A stretch of 64,000 nucleotides of DNA from Yuukianura sp. NJ FZ-2021 (Eukaryota): positions 7,936,001 to 8,000,000 of the forward strand of contig CM102285.1 in NCBI GenBank assembly GCA_046563655.1. Direction: 5' to 3'. The stretch's first letter is position 1. The number at the start of each line of letters is the position of its first letter. Position numbers and translations under genes: made by a program. The notes beneath the pieces were generated by a model. That model saw nothing but the letters and a program-made list of their open reading frames with translations. It ran no database searches and was not told where the DNA came from. Positions 36,852 to 48,800 of this stretch are shown one piece after another.

Positions 36852-37947
36852 GACATTATTTTTCACTTTCTCCGAGATTAATATTGAGTGCCGAAATACC
36901 AGTTACGGCGTGTGTACATTTTCGCGACACTACATTGATATTTAATCCTGTTCATACAGAAAGAAAACGACTTTTCTTTTCAACACAATGTTTTCTTTTA
37001 TTACAGCAATGAGTACGGAATTCTGAGCATTTGGTGTTGGACGCTGTCTTCGAATGTTTTTTCACGACCCGACCGTTTTCTAAAATTGTTCAAGATCAAA
37101 TATTCTGAAACTATCCCCCTGTGTCATTTCCATCCATACCCTGATCTTATTTACTGCTGTGCATTGTCACGAAAAATTAAGACTTTTTGCATTTTGAATA
37201 AACTATACAACAAGGAATACTTTTAGAAAACCAAAGTATCGGTTTCTTAATTTCTAGTAGATCAGCAAGAGATGTTACAAGTTTAAGATCAACTCAAGAT
37301 TTATTTTGAGTATGTATTTCCCATCTGAAGTGCACAATTGCACTATCACTTAATTCAAAATTGTTCTCGAAGACGTTTTTGTAAATTACAGTCAGCATAA
37401 AAAGCGCATAGGCTAGTAGCGTCGGCTCGGAATTCATGAATTAGCCATTCGGCACACTTTGTAAGTAACTCAACTAGTATTAGTATTCTAGTTAGATTGC
37501 ACTTTGCACCGTTGATTTCTCGATTGAATTTGGAACTTGAAAGCATGGATTTGTCTATCTTCCATTTTCGATTTTTTTTGGAAATTATAAAACAGTGTTA
37601 TTAATAAAATTTTGCACACGCTAGTTTTTCCAAGGCATATTCTGTAGTAATTCTTGATCCCTGTATGCAATCAGATTTGTTGGAGGGTTCCAATTTCAAT
37701 TGTACAGTGAAAATTCGGAACTAAAGTCCATGACTTTAACATGTTTAGACTATTATTAGATGGACTTTTTTTAGTATTCTAATTTCAGTGCAAGCTATAA
37801 TTTCAAGTGGACAATACTAATCGGTAGAAGTTGGTAGAAAATGTAAAGAATTAATGGCAAGAGCTAAGTTTCGCTAAATAGTGACGTATATCTGTTTGTG
37901 ACTTGATTTCTAAATATTATACCAAATTACTTCTTGAGGCCTTTCTC

Positions 37948-38980
37948 CTAAGAAATCGTACAACAACCGCAACAAGATTTCGGATAATCGGGAAAGTAGA
38001 TGTAATTGTCAACACCGAACATGTAAAAGTTTCCGCTTTTGTCCTTCCAGTTGTACTTCACCTCGGCGATTCGAATCATTTCCACACTTTGTTTCTGCAA
38101 AAGAAACGTAAAACGATAAAGTTAATTAAAAGTCTGAGGTATTTCAGTACTATGCAACAGTTAGCTAACCTGTTCCCGAATAGCTCCATTTGGCATAACA
38201 GCCTTTAGCTGTTTGTCAATAAGGTTTTGCGACGTCGTGTTTATCGCTTCATCTGGAAAGTTTGTTATTGGGCGGACACGACTTCCTTTTTCATTTACTA
38301 CTTCGATTCCCGAGCATTTCTTGGTCAAATACTTACTCGGAATGGCTGTTTCGGCACTGGCGAAGTCATCTTTCAGAATATCCCTGCATTTTAGTTTTAA
38401 CAGAAATCCAGCATTATTAGACTCAAAAAGTTTGAATCGCAATGGACAAGAAGAAAAAAATCCGAAACACCGGATTGATACATACGGCCTAATCTAAGCA
38501 TTCCGCGAATTCATGTTAATTTCCGTTTTTTTAACAAAATGTGTACCCACCATTTGACGATAAGCTTGAGGTATGTGAAGAGCTGGCGCTTTCCTTTGCA
38601 AGTTTTGCAGGTTTCCATCCCTGTTCCTGTGCATTTCGTGCATCTAACATATTATTTACGTAAATTTAGTTTACGTCTAATATTAAACGTCAGTTTTTTT
38701 TACAGAGGATGATTTTTTACCTTGAACGACCGGTACCAGTGCAGTCTTTGCACTGCTCGGACATTCGCGTTCCGGAGCCATCGCACCATGTACATTTCAC
38801 CTAGAGAAGTAATCGATATTGATAATTGGTTTCACCTACTTATTAAATTCAGCTTCAGCATAAGCCAAATATTTACCCCGCCCATTCCAGTACAAGTGGA
38901 ACAACGTGTATTTCCATTTCCTACACACGAGTGACATGGTTTCCCATCTTACCATTCGTGTATATTTTGTGAATATCTGG
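37948..38980 (-). pseudogene. SSUH2-like gene, 3' half (separated from the 5' half by element B)
   Basis: Exons carry repeated CxxCxGxG (CHSCVGNG, CSTCTGMG, CTWCDGSG, CKDCTGTG, CTKCTGTG, CKTCKGK), V.PI..FP...IN..S..L and terminal DYPKSCCGCCTIS*. There is an in-frame TAA near 38950. Confidence 0.82.
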
Positions 38981-38997
38981 AATATTTCTTAACTAAA

Positions 38998-39344
38998 TGT
39001 GGGGACTTTCTCCTCGTGACCTCCACATGTCAACATGGCTCAAGAGAGACATCCTCTGTCTGCATCCCGGACGGCCTGGAACACTACACCTCAATCTGAC
39101 CTCGGCATCTCCACCTCTAATAACGTCTCTCGCTCTCTCTCTCCCAAATAGGCAACACACTCTTTATTCACACTCTCAATACCCTGAGCTCTAGAAGGAA
39201 CCTCAGCTGCACGTAAGCCTGTTCCTCGGGTAGAGATCCTCTCACGAGGACCTCTACTCGAGTACTCTCCCTCTCACTCCTCTCATCCTCCTCTTCTCTA
39301 CCTCTATCATAGTGAGGACTCCTACCCCCATAAGAGGCCTCACA
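38998..39344 (-). repeat. 3' LTR of element B (347 bp)
   Basis: TGTGGGG...CCTCACA ends, purine-rich GAACAGGGGGTGTG on the minus strand at 39345-39358, and AATAAA on the minus strand near 39163. Confidence 0.9.
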
Positions 39345-39618
39345 CACACCCCCTGTTCAGCTGAGAATCCTGCACGATACTCTTTACACATCTAAAATGT
39401 TAGGGTTAATGATGTTAGATGGATTGCCAAAAAAAAAAGTTTTGTTCGTTAAGTTTTGTATTTTTGTATTGGATTTTCGTAATGCATTCTAAAAGTAACT
39501 ACATTTATGTATAAGACCATGAAAGGTCTAACTAGGGAAATATCTCCCGACTACACAATGATAAATGCTAGATGATCAATCAACTACAAGTAAGAGTTAA
39601 TGTGTTAAGGCGTGGCTA

Positions 39619-40647
39619 TTAGACGATGGTGGAGTTGACACAACGGCCGACTTGGATCCCCAGAAGGGACATATGAGTTTCCGCTTGACCTCGGTGCAAA
39701 ATCTCGTCAAATTCGTTGGTAAGGGGAAGAAAGTCTGACGTTCCGATGAGGGTGGAAGAAGTCCGATTAGTAGTCCAGACTAAACGGACGTAACTCAAAC
39801 GTCTGCCACAAACTGGTTCGGTGAACATTGATGAGATGAAGAGAGCCAGAGATGGGCAGCGAATAAACGTTTCCCCTAACAAACAGGTTTGATTATTATA
39901 AATTTTGTGATCGCATGGGAGTTCCTTATCAAAAATCCTGTATTTCGGTCCCCATACAATTGTAGAATCGATCATGTCGCAAACCTCAGCGTCAACTGTA
40001 CACGGCATTAATGTGCGCATGTGCGTGACTAAAATGTTCCTTGCTTGCGTAACGACAAACTCACGAACAGTCAGATAGTAATTGACGACTTCACTGGTGA
40101 TGGTGGTGGGCCATTTGTACCATGTCACAGGCGTACGGGAGGTACCGTAGGTAGAGGTGTTGAGCTGTAAAAGAGGTGTTCCCTGTGGATCCCGGTAGGT
40201 CATTGCCAACATTTGACATTCCCGTGGAGTCATGTGTTCCAAGCGTCTAGTCTCAAAAGGGTAATAAATACCGAAAAAGTAAAGTGTTTTGGATTGAAAA
40301 GTTACTTCCCGTTGACATTCCAATGCTTGGTATGGGCGCCGGAGATCTTCAACGGTGTGAATATCCATAGTAACGAGTGCTTCTGGTTTGGTTGAGGAAC
40401 TAAGCGAGCACGTAGTTGGCGCATCCCGTAGGGTATACAAAAGTCCTAAGGTCCAATGTGATCGTTGTTCCTCTACCATGAAGGGATACTTGTCCATCGA
40501 GAGTTGTTCGGACGCTTGTCCCTGAACTTTCTTAAGGGTCACATTGGATGGAGAAACAGCCGTAATTTGAAGCAATTGAGCATCAGTCCATTGGGCAGAC
40601 GTTGCCACTACGGTGAAAGTTAGTATCGTTAGTACCGAAAGCATCAT
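39619..40647 (-). CDS. Env paralog 4: predicted secreted, anchorless homolog of the Env N-terminal half
   Basis: Signal peptide MMLSVLTILTFTVVATSA. LECQREV..YFFG, TPRECQM, YKWPTT..EVVNYY, TIVW and IRCPSL align by eye with Env. No TM helix. Confidence 0.85.
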   Translation of the reverse strand: MMLSVLTILTFTVVATSAQWTDAQLLQITAVSPSNVTLKKVQGQASEQLSMDKYPFMVEEQRSHWTLGLLYTLRDAPTTCSLSSSTKPEALVTMDIHTVEDLRRPYQALECQREVTFQSKTLYFFGIYYPFETRRLEHMTPRECQMLAMTYRDPQGTPLLQLNTSTYGTSRTPVTWYKWPTTITSEVVNYYLTVREFVVTQARNILVTHMRTLMPCTVDAEVCDMIDSTIVWGPKYRIFDKELPCDHKIYNNQTCLLGETFIRCPSLALFISSMFTEPVCGRRLSYVRLVWTTNRTSSTLIGTSDFLPLTNEFDEILHRGQAETHMSLLGIQVGRCVNSTIV

Positions 40648-40743
40648 GTTGTCACTGCAAAGACGAAAAAACATGAAATTAGTAAAACCCAATCCACACA
40701 TTATAATAAGGACTACTGAAGCTTATTCGTTAATGCCTTAAAC

Positions 40744-41985
40744 CTATTTCCTAGGATAAAGCCCTTCATCCACCCGCCTGGCGGTGTTATTTTGCATTAA
40801 ACTAGTTACATCAAACGTTTCGACATCGTCAGAATCATCCCACTCTGTAGGTCGCTTCTTAGGAGTATTTGTTGCCGGATCCGCGTTATCTATGTAAAAT
40901 GCTGTATAGTTAGCCAAATTGAGAATAGTTTGGACTCTATTCGTTATTTGTCGTGTAAAAGGATGTACCGTTCTTTGTCCTGTAAGTTCACAGGAACCAA
41001 TATGCAAGATTTTAAGAAAACTTGCTTTACCCCACTTAATACTGTGAAAAAGATGTTGGAAATTCATTTCGATGTGAAACGTTTGCTTTGTGTTAATCGT
41101 ATTGGTCTCCACCTCCTCCAAACCTTCCTCCGTCTCAATGATACTGCGGGAAACGCCCAGTGATGTCCCACATTCCTCAACAGAAGAATTATAGTAGTCC
41201 GTAATACTAATAGCCAAATCTGGACACACTAACTGAAGTGGATTCAAAAAACAGTTGGACGCCACCCGTTTCTTCAGAGAGCATGTAGTATTTTGGAGTC
41301 CAGGGAAACGCCATACGAGTAAACCACGTTGAGTCCAACATGAAGAAGCTTTGAAGGCACAAGGCTCTTCTAGATCTGGCAATTGTGTAGCGCGGATATA
41401 TCCCGAATAAGGGTCATGCTGAATGGTTACTAAGGAGATGTAATAATTAATAATGCGCACTCCCCACGGCTCAGATCGTCCAAATTGCGTATCGTTCGAA
41501 ATAAGATAGTTTCGCGTGGCGATCGTAGTTTCGTTAATGATGGACATTGGATATCCGTCCGGGTCAGTTCGAGTCAAGTGCATATGAATACACTTGCTAG
41601 GCGTAAGTGCCTTAGGAAACATGGTAACATTAGTAGTGAAAGTCTTAGCGTGCTGTGGATTATGGTACAATTCCTTCACTTCTAAGGCACAATGATATCC
41701 TTGCGTATAAAGACTTGGCGCGATTCCACTCCAAAGGGCTACTGAAATCATCGCCGAATCTTTAAGGTCATAAGGACAACTTTCGGGTCGAGTTCGTAGC
41801 ATCCCCAACGTCCATACCCGAGTAAGATTAGAAGGAGGTAGCAAGTCCGGTGTTTCAAGTTGTGTCAATTTAGTAAGGCGTGCCATTTGGTCAAATTCGG
41901 TAGTAATGGTTCGCAATTCCGCTAGTCCCGGAAGAACATGGTGGGTGAAAAAGACGAAAGTCATAGTCAGAGGAGACAGAAGCAT
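40744..41985 (-). CDS. Env paralog 3: predicted secreted, anchorless
   Basis: Hydrophobic N-terminus. GYHC, TPSKCIHM, DPDG, IINYY, C....SSC, LLVW, LVCPDL, CGTSLGVS and NFQHLF align with Env. No TM helix. Confidence 0.85.
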   Translation of the reverse strand: MLLSPLTMTFVFFTHHVLPGLAELRTITTEFDQMARLTKLTQLETPDLLPPSNLTRVWTLGMLRTRPESCPYDLKDSAMISVALWSGIAPSLYTQGYHCALEVKELYHNPQHAKTFTTNVTMFPKALTPSKCIHMHLTRTDPDGYPMSIINETTIATRNYLISNDTQFGRSEPWGVRIINYYISLVTIQHDPYSGYIRATQLPDLEEPCAFKASSCWTQRGLLVWRFPGLQNTTCSLKKRVASNCFLNPLQLVCPDLAISITDYYNSSVEECGTSLGVSRSIIETEEGLEEVETNTINTKQTFHIEMNFQHLFHSIKWGKASFLKILHIGSCELTGQRTVHPFTRQITNRVQTILNLANYTAFYIDNADPATNTPKKRPTEWDDSDDVETFDVTSLMQNNTARRVDEGLYPRK

Positions 41986-42035
41986 TATTGAGCTGTAAAG
42001 AAACACAAAGGTAAAGAACTTTGACGTGAGTCCCA

Positions 42036-43124
42036 CTAACATCCCCCCAACTGTTTCACTTGAAGAAAAGTGTTAGTAGTTTCTTTTAACTGTGACACTA
42101 ACGTGTGAAATTCTGAGTCAACCAAAAACTGGGTAGAATTAGAGTAGGTTACTAAAGATTCTGGAGTCGTAGTTATTTTCACTAATTTCTGTTCCGTCAA
42201 CTGTGTGTCTACTTGATGCGGCAAAATGTAACGTCGGGAGTGAGGACAATAGATCATGGTGGGTGAAACAAAACACATAAAATCAGTATATGCTGTATAT
42301 TGACATAGGTGACCATTCGGAGGATCCAGTTCCTTCTGTAAAAGAAATCCATTTAACAGAGTACACACTGGTTGCCCAAAGTAACAGGAGTTGTCCGTTA
42401 GATACAAGTCCGTATTAACAATTTTTTGAGAAACAGGGTCCACATTGAGATTAAGTTTTTGCACATGATAGTCCACAAACATATTATCCTCACTGGGTAA
42501 AAAACGGGAGTTCAGATACGGATTTTTGTCTTGATAAGTAGTGCGGCGCTGGGGGTCTAACCATGTGGATGAAATGGCCCACTTAGAGTGAGGTACCGGT
42601 AAGTTAAAATATCCAAAAAATGTAGAAAACGGTGAAATTGGAGTTAGTAGGCGGCCGTGAGGATCCATTTTGTGTAATATCATCTGATAACAATCTTCCA
42701 GAGTGAAATTTTGATTAAGATAAACTCGACCATAATCATAATGAAACGTTGAGGATGCTCCTATCCGTGTCGAAGCATATTTGTGGATGGATGATCTGGT
42801 ACTTGTACATGCATAGGCCTCACGTGGGTTGCCATGAGTTCCTTTTAACTGAAACTCCACAGATACCAAAAGTGTTTCTTCCATTTTCACTACCTGAGGA
42901 TGACGATGTGGACTTAAGTACCCGATCACCCACCGATGAGAAGAAGGAAGTGGTCTCACAAACCTACTGTCACTATTCCACATAGCGCGGTCACCGTCAT
43001 TAGACACAGTCGCTTTGGTAAATGTATTGAGATTGGTAGGCACAGGAGGAGAAGGTCTCAAACTCATCGAGTGAGAGACTGTTGAAAATGAAAGTAGTAT
43101 TGCGAGAGTAATTTGCCACTCCAT
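42036..43124 (-). CDS. Env paralog 2: predicted secreted, anchorless, most divergent
   Basis: Signal peptide MEWQITLAILLSFSTVSHS. AYAC, TLEDCYQM, DPHG, VDYH, C.....VC and IYCP keep the Cys spacing of the other paralogs. Confidence 0.78.
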   Translation of the reverse strand: MEWQITLAILLSFSTVSHSMSLRPSPPVPTNLNTFTKATVSNDGDRAMWNSDSRFVRPLPSSHRWVIGYLSPHRHPQVVKMEETLLVSVEFQLKGTHGNPREAYACTSTRSSIHKYASTRIGASSTFHYDYGRVYLNQNFTLEDCYQMILHKMDPHGRLLTPISPFSTFFGYFNLPVPHSKWAISSTWLDPQRRTTYQDKNPYLNSRFLPSEDNMFVDYHVQKLNLNVDPVSQKIVNTDLYLTDNSCYFGQPVCTLLNGFLLQKELDPPNGHLCQYTAYTDFMCFVSPTMIYCPHSRRYILPHQVDTQLTEQKLVKITTTPESLVTYSNSTQFLVDSEFHTLVSQLKETTNTFLQVKQLGGC

Positions 43125-43204
43125 AGTCAGTAAAAGAGTACCAATTTTGAAAAGTCGTAACAAGATTTTGTTGTTTTTAGAGATTGTAACGTATCAAGAG
43201 GATG

Positions 43205-45733
43205 TTATGCTGGACGCGGGATGCCACTCCAAATGAAACCGTCCCCTTGAATGTACGGCTCGGTGAAGACTGAAGAGGGTGCCGTCGGTACCAATTGGTA
43301 TGAAGGGACACGAGTTTCCACAGAGGCCCTTAAAGGCATAACGGTGGGCGGAGCGTATCTCGGAAGGTTCGTAGAAGGTTGAAGTTCGGAAGTAAGTAAA
43401 GGAGGTTGCGAAGGTAACGTGCTCGGTCGTTCGATTAAAGGAAGCATTGTCATGTCATGTCTATTCATTGGCGGTTCAAGTAATGGCGCTTGCTGTGTGC
43501 GGTGAAATATGCGTGCCACACCCGGTAAGCGTTGGTATAAGGGCCGCCAAAATTTCAACAAAAGGACAAAGATGACCACTAGAACTGCTATTGTGAGGAG
43601 TCCAGCCAAAAATTTAAGGGTAAATTCTTTAATGGGGTCGATTGCCCAACCTCGAATAACATTCCGAACTTCCAACTGTTCCGCTGTCAACGGTTTTCCT
43701 TTAATTTTTGAACGAATTATATTGTCAATCGCTTTAGGTGCCTGAACTTGACGAAAGATGGCCATAACTGAATCAGAAGTTGTGATGTGTTTAAGAGCAA
43801 TTGACCCTGGACTATTAAAACTGATTTCAGCCATAGGTTGATTAGGGATTGAATTTTGGATTGGCAACGGAATAGTCGGCAAACGGACTTTAATGGTAGA
43901 AACATTGTTTAATAAAATACTCGTGTCATCGTCAATGTTGAAATAGAACGGTGGAACTTCATCACAAGGAGCCAATTCAGGTTCCAACACAATTTGATGG
44001 GACAACGCATTCATGTAGCCTTGCATCTTCTGGTGTTGGTACATGAAAACCACAGGCATATTTCGAGTACAATTGTCTCGTGATGGTTGAACAAAATGGT
44101 AAGAGTCAATTTGAGTACATGCTTTAAGTGATAATGCATCTCCGGATAAAGTAGCTAAATACCGATGATCACGTAACAACATTCTTGTGATGACATTCGG
44201 AATTTTATTTTCAGTAAGATAAGTACTGATATCCAAAAGTTGCCGTTGATTAAGGCATACTTGTTGCACCAAATTCTGAATCGCATAAGTGACATTCGCT
44301 CGAACCATATCATGCAAATACTGAAACTTTGCATTTGTCTCCGCGGCTGACATAAGTGTTGCTTGCGTTGGGAAAGTGCGTTGTCTACCTTGTGTAAGTT
44401 GACGAAAAACGTCTTCTTCGCGACCTTGGTAGAGTATCTGCGTATTTTGTTTTCGCTGGTCATTAACGTTAGATGACGAACCCGCAATGGATTCTTTCTC
44501 CCGAACGGAGAACGTTGGCCTCTCGGTGACAGAAGTTGAAAGAGGTTGGATTAAAATAGGTGTAGGCAGACGCATTGGTAAATGTGTTAAATTAGGATGA
44601 TTTGGCGGAGTGTCAATCGGAATTGGGTCATGACCTAAAGTCTGTTCCGCCTCCGTGACCCATGTTGGTGGTTGTTCCGTGGAAGTTTCAACCGAGGTCG
44701 TTATAGGAACCCGTTCTTTCGATACTTCCACAATCCCTTGGAAACCTGGCGCTTTAGGCCTGTTTTGTATTTGTTGTAACAAAGTCTCATCATCCGTTTC
44801 AATCAAATGACGCTTTTGTTTTCTCCCCCCGACACTCGATTTCAGACGGGTTAGAGCTTCGAACGTTGAGGTGGTATCCACGGAAAACGGAAAGATGTTT
44901 TCACGCTCTGGAGTAAACATCACCCCTTGAGTGCTAATCCCCATTTTGTATCCACACAAATCGATTTCATGTACCCCCGAAATACTATAGGATAATTCAG
45001 GACAGGATAGTTGAACATCATTGGTTAACAAGCATTGAGTCGTGGCAGAAGGTTGAAGACGACAAGTTTGAAATAAAGTATGTGTCCAAATCAAAACTGA
45101 TTCACCCGTACTAGGACAAGAATTATCCGTAGCTGGGCAGTTTGCCGTCAATGGAATAGGTGCCATTACCGTTTGATCCAAATTGTTTGCGGAAATCGTA
45201 ATTGCTGAATAATAGTAGTTGGTCACCTCTCTCTCAATTGTTTTAGGCCAAACATAATCTATTTCGACTTTTTCCGTAGTACCCCAAGTATTGTCCAGTA
45301 ATAACGTCATTTGTTTTTTATTTGGAGCCAATTGTTCCTCGACCATTCGCCTACACTCTTCTGCTGATACTTTTACTGGCGTTTCTTGAGACGATCTCGA
45401 ATGACTTCCCCAAAAGAAGAATGAGCGAACCTCCGAATTGCGAACAGCGCGACAATGAAATCCTTTTATAGCATCCATATTGGGGTTCTCAGCCCAAATG
45501 GTAAGGGTAACGACTTTGGTTTCCGTTCGTAATTCCTCTATTTCACAGGAAGGCATCGTTGGTAACCGATACAGTAACGCCCTGCTGGTTTCATCACAAT
45601 ACCAGAGGTGCGGCATTTTTGGTTTTAAGGATCCAAAATACAAACGATAGAGATTCAATTCCTCGAGAGTAGGTTGTGCCGTTGTCATCATGACCAAAAG
45701 AAAAGAGATGGCAAAGACAAATCCAGACGCCAT
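43205..45733 (-). CDS. env: Envelope glycoprotein, class III fusion protein-like (herpes gB/rhabdovirus G/chuvirus-like)
   Basis: Signal peptide, GFHC..FFFWG..VSAEEC segment, basic site RKQKR, long helix NAKFQYL...QVC, gB-like GDALSLKAC..C...PV motif, TM helix FLAGLLTIAVLVVIFVLLL and a Pro-rich tail. Confidence 0.85.
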   Translation of the reverse strand: MASGFVFAISFLLVMMTTAQPTLEELNLYRLYFGSLKPKMPHLWYCDETSRALLYRLPTMPSCEIEELRTETKVVTLTIWAENPNMDAIKGFHCRAVRNSEVRSFFFWGSHSRSSQETPVKVSAEECRRMVEEQLAPNKKQMTLLLDNTWGTTEKVEIDYVWPKTIEREVTNYYYSAITISANNLDQTVMAPIPLTANCPATDNSCPSTGESVLIWTHTLFQTCRLQPSATTQCLLTNDVQLSCPELSYSISGVHEIDLCGYKMGISTQGVMFTPERENIFPFSVDTTSTFEALTRLKSSVGGRKQKRHLIETDDETLLQQIQNRPKAPGFQGIVEVSKERVPITTSVETSTEQPPTWVTEAEQTLGHDPIPIDTPPNHPNLTHLPMRLPTPILIQPLSTSVTERPTFSVREKESIAGSSSNVNDQRKQNTQILYQGREEDVFRQLTQGRQRTFPTQATLMSAAETNAKFQYLHDMVRANVTYAIQNLVQQVCLNQRQLLDISTYLTENKIPNVITRMLLRDHRYLATLSGDALSLKACTQIDSYHFVQPSRDNCTRNMPVVFMYQHQKMQGYMNALSHQIVLEPELAPCDEVPPFYFNIDDDTSILLNNVSTIKVRLPTIPLPIQNSIPNQPMAEISFNSPGSIALKHITTSDSVMAIFRQVQAPKAIDNIIRSKIKGKPLTAEQLEVRNVIRGWAIDPIKEFTLKFLAGLLTIAVLVVIFVLLLKFWRPLYQRLPGVARIFHRTQQAPLLEPPMNRHDMTMLPLIERPSTLPSQPPLLTSELQPSTNLPRYAPPTVMPLRASVETRVPSYQLVPTAPSSVFTEPYIQGDGFIWSGIPRPA

Positions 45734-45845
45734 GGAGACAATAGGATTGAAGTAACTTCTAAAATAAGCATGCACTAAAGTAAGCAAGTGAAGACTAATA
45801 CCTCATCGAACCTTAGGTTCTGTAGCGACCGAAAAGGACGAAGAC

Positions 45846-48800
45846 TTATCCCCATTCATACTCATCCAGCCAGCGAGGGGGTTTGCGCGAGCGTGCTGAG
45901 CGTGTGGGGACTTCATTGGAAGGGATAGGGAAAGGACCGGCGTCATCAGCCTCAGCCTCCTCCCCCTCCCGAATGGGAGAATCCATCGTCGGAGTCTGGG
46001 GTTCGTGCCCCTGAGATTCCCGAGTGAAAGTTGGCAGATCTTTCTCTACTGCCAAACCATGTTTTTCAGCCCAAATGGAGAGTAACTCGCGATGTTGGCG
46101 TAGAAACTGGAAAACCCGTGGCTTATCCGTACTTCGCTGTATTACCGCCACCAGCACGCCAAAGATGGACACATATATTTTCGTATGTAGCGAGATGAGC
46201 AAAATCAAGAATATAAGAAATTCTTCCCAATGGTCTCCGAGAATCGCCAAGGAATGCGTGAGGAGTTGATTTTTAAAGAGCAGCATATTGTCCGTCAAAG
46301 ATTCGGACTCAACAAAATGGACCCATAAACCAGAAGGTTCAAGAATTTGAGCGTTACTTTGACATACTGGTGTCAGTTTGCCCGTAAAGCCTGGTGATTC
46401 ATCGATCAGAATAACATCAGTTAGGGAAAATTCCTGACAAGTGTGGAGGATTCGTTCAACGGAGCTGTCTTTACCGAGAATTATGGCTTTAATTACATAA
46501 ATTTGCAGCAAAGTATTAACGTTATTTAAAATCTGTGTGTTCCATGCCACTGTAGACTGCAAAAAATCCAAAATCAAATCATAATGATGAATCTCGTCAA
46601 GAAAAGTCTCCTCACTAACTAGTATATCCGCAAACTCGACATCAGGTGCACTCCGCTCATCAATCAATCGCATGCGCTTCGTTTGTGTAAGGAATTTACG
46701 ATTAGAAGTCAAACATTCAACCCGATACGTTGTGGGATTGATCTGTTCGAGGACTCTATATTCGCCATAATAATACGGAGTCCACTTTTTTGGAAACCCT
46801 TCAGTAGTCTTTCGAGGATACGTAAGTCTAACTTTAGAACCAATTTCATACGAGACCGTACTACTATACTTCTCCGCTTTGCGTTGCTGAAGAAGTTGTT
46901 GATGGGCAATCGCTTGTCGTACATCTCCCCATAGCTGCTGAATCGTCTTTTGTTTTTTAGACATCTCACTAGTGAGTACTTGAGTATGAAAAGTGTATGG
47001 TAACCGTGGCTGAAAGCCCATAAGAACCGAGAAAGGACATTGAAATTTCAAAAGTTTCAACGGAGCCGTATTAATACAAAACATGAGGGTAGGGATGTAT
47101 TGCACCCAATCTGTTCCATGATCATTAACAAAACTACGAATAATGGTGTGAAAAGTTGAATTGCTTCTTTCCGAAATCGCGTTGCCTGTTTTGGAATAAT
47201 AACAAACAAATCGAATCCTGGTACCAAAAAGTTTACTATGAGATTTAAGAAAAGTAGAGATGTAGCCTGGACCATTGTCACAGATTATAATTTTGGGTGA
47301 CGAAAACTTAAGAAAAACTTCCTTTTCCAGAAAATGAGCAATATCTTGTCCCGTCGTTGTTTTAAGCGGAACTATGATTTGGTACTTTGAGAGTAGACAC
47401 ACGGCGTTAATAATATATTTATAACCGTTACTTTCTTTAAATGGACCACATATATCGGTACTAATGATTTCCATTGGATGACTCGGAATTGGAAGTGACC
47501 CCATGGTGGCCGAAGCCTTTCCGTAATGGCGCTTCATACGGCCACATATTTCGCAATTCAAAACAAAAAGTGCTACGTCTTTCTTCATGGATGGCCACGC
47601 AAAGTGTCGAAACATTCGATAATAAGTTTTAGTAAAACCCATATGACCACTTAGTGGAGATTCATGTGCCTCTGCCAGTATAGTATTACGTAAGACCTTA
47701 GGAACAAAAATACGCGATATACCCATTTTCATGTCGTATAAAATATCGTTCTTAAGGATATATCGTGCTTTAAATTTAGGATCAGGCGTATTCAGACTTA
47801 GCCTTATTCGAATAGCTTCTTCGTCTGCCATCTGAAGCTGTTTCCAATCCAAATCGTCCTCCTGTCTACGCCACCCATCCTCTCGTTTATCATAATTTTT
47901 ATCAAAGAGAATTGTCATGATGGAAGACGAATTATACTGCTGTAATTCAACATCGTCATGAAACTCTTGATGTAAAGGGGTCCTGCTCAAATAATCCGGC
48001 AATTCCATAGTTTCACCTGTTTTGTATTTGATGACAAAATTAAAGTCTAATAAATAAGTAGCCCAAAGAATGATCTGCCTACTAACACGTTTGCATGGAG
48101 CGAGAAATTCTTTAATTTGGGAAATTGGTTCATTGTCTGTGAATACTGTGAACTTTATGCCGAGAAGATAAATGTGGAAGACTTTACACGCTATAGTAAT
48201 AGCAAGCAGTTCCCTCATGTACGCCGGCATGTTTCTTTGTGCTTTGGTTAGAGTACCTGAGTGGTAGGCACATGGCACTTCGACATCTTTGTCCACTAAT
48301 TGCATCAAACAACAACCAATCCCGTACGCACTAGCATCCGTATATACTCTCGTTTCCCGAGAGGATTGGAACCAGTGTAATAGCGGTGGAGATGTTAGCA
48401 AACTGCGTAACTGATCAATAATAGCAAAATGTTGGTTTTCCAAGACAAATTTTTGATCTTTTTCTAATAATTTGTATAGTGGTTGGCAAATAATAGACAA
48501 ATCGGGAATACTACGGCGAAACCAGTTAACTGCCCCTAGAAAGCGCATTAATTCTTTAGGTGAAACAGGGTAAGGAATATTCCTGACGGCTTCTAATTTT
48601 GTCGGATCTTGTTGAATACCCTCTCTACTAATGTACATCCCTAAAAGCTTAATTTGTGTGTAGCCAAAGTGACTCTTATGGACTGAAAGCTTAACTCCAT
48701 ATTCACGTAGTCGAATAAACGTCTTACGTAAATGTTCCAGATGGTCCGCGAATGAATTAGAGCCAAAACACAAATCATCCAAGTAAATTGCGACAGATTC

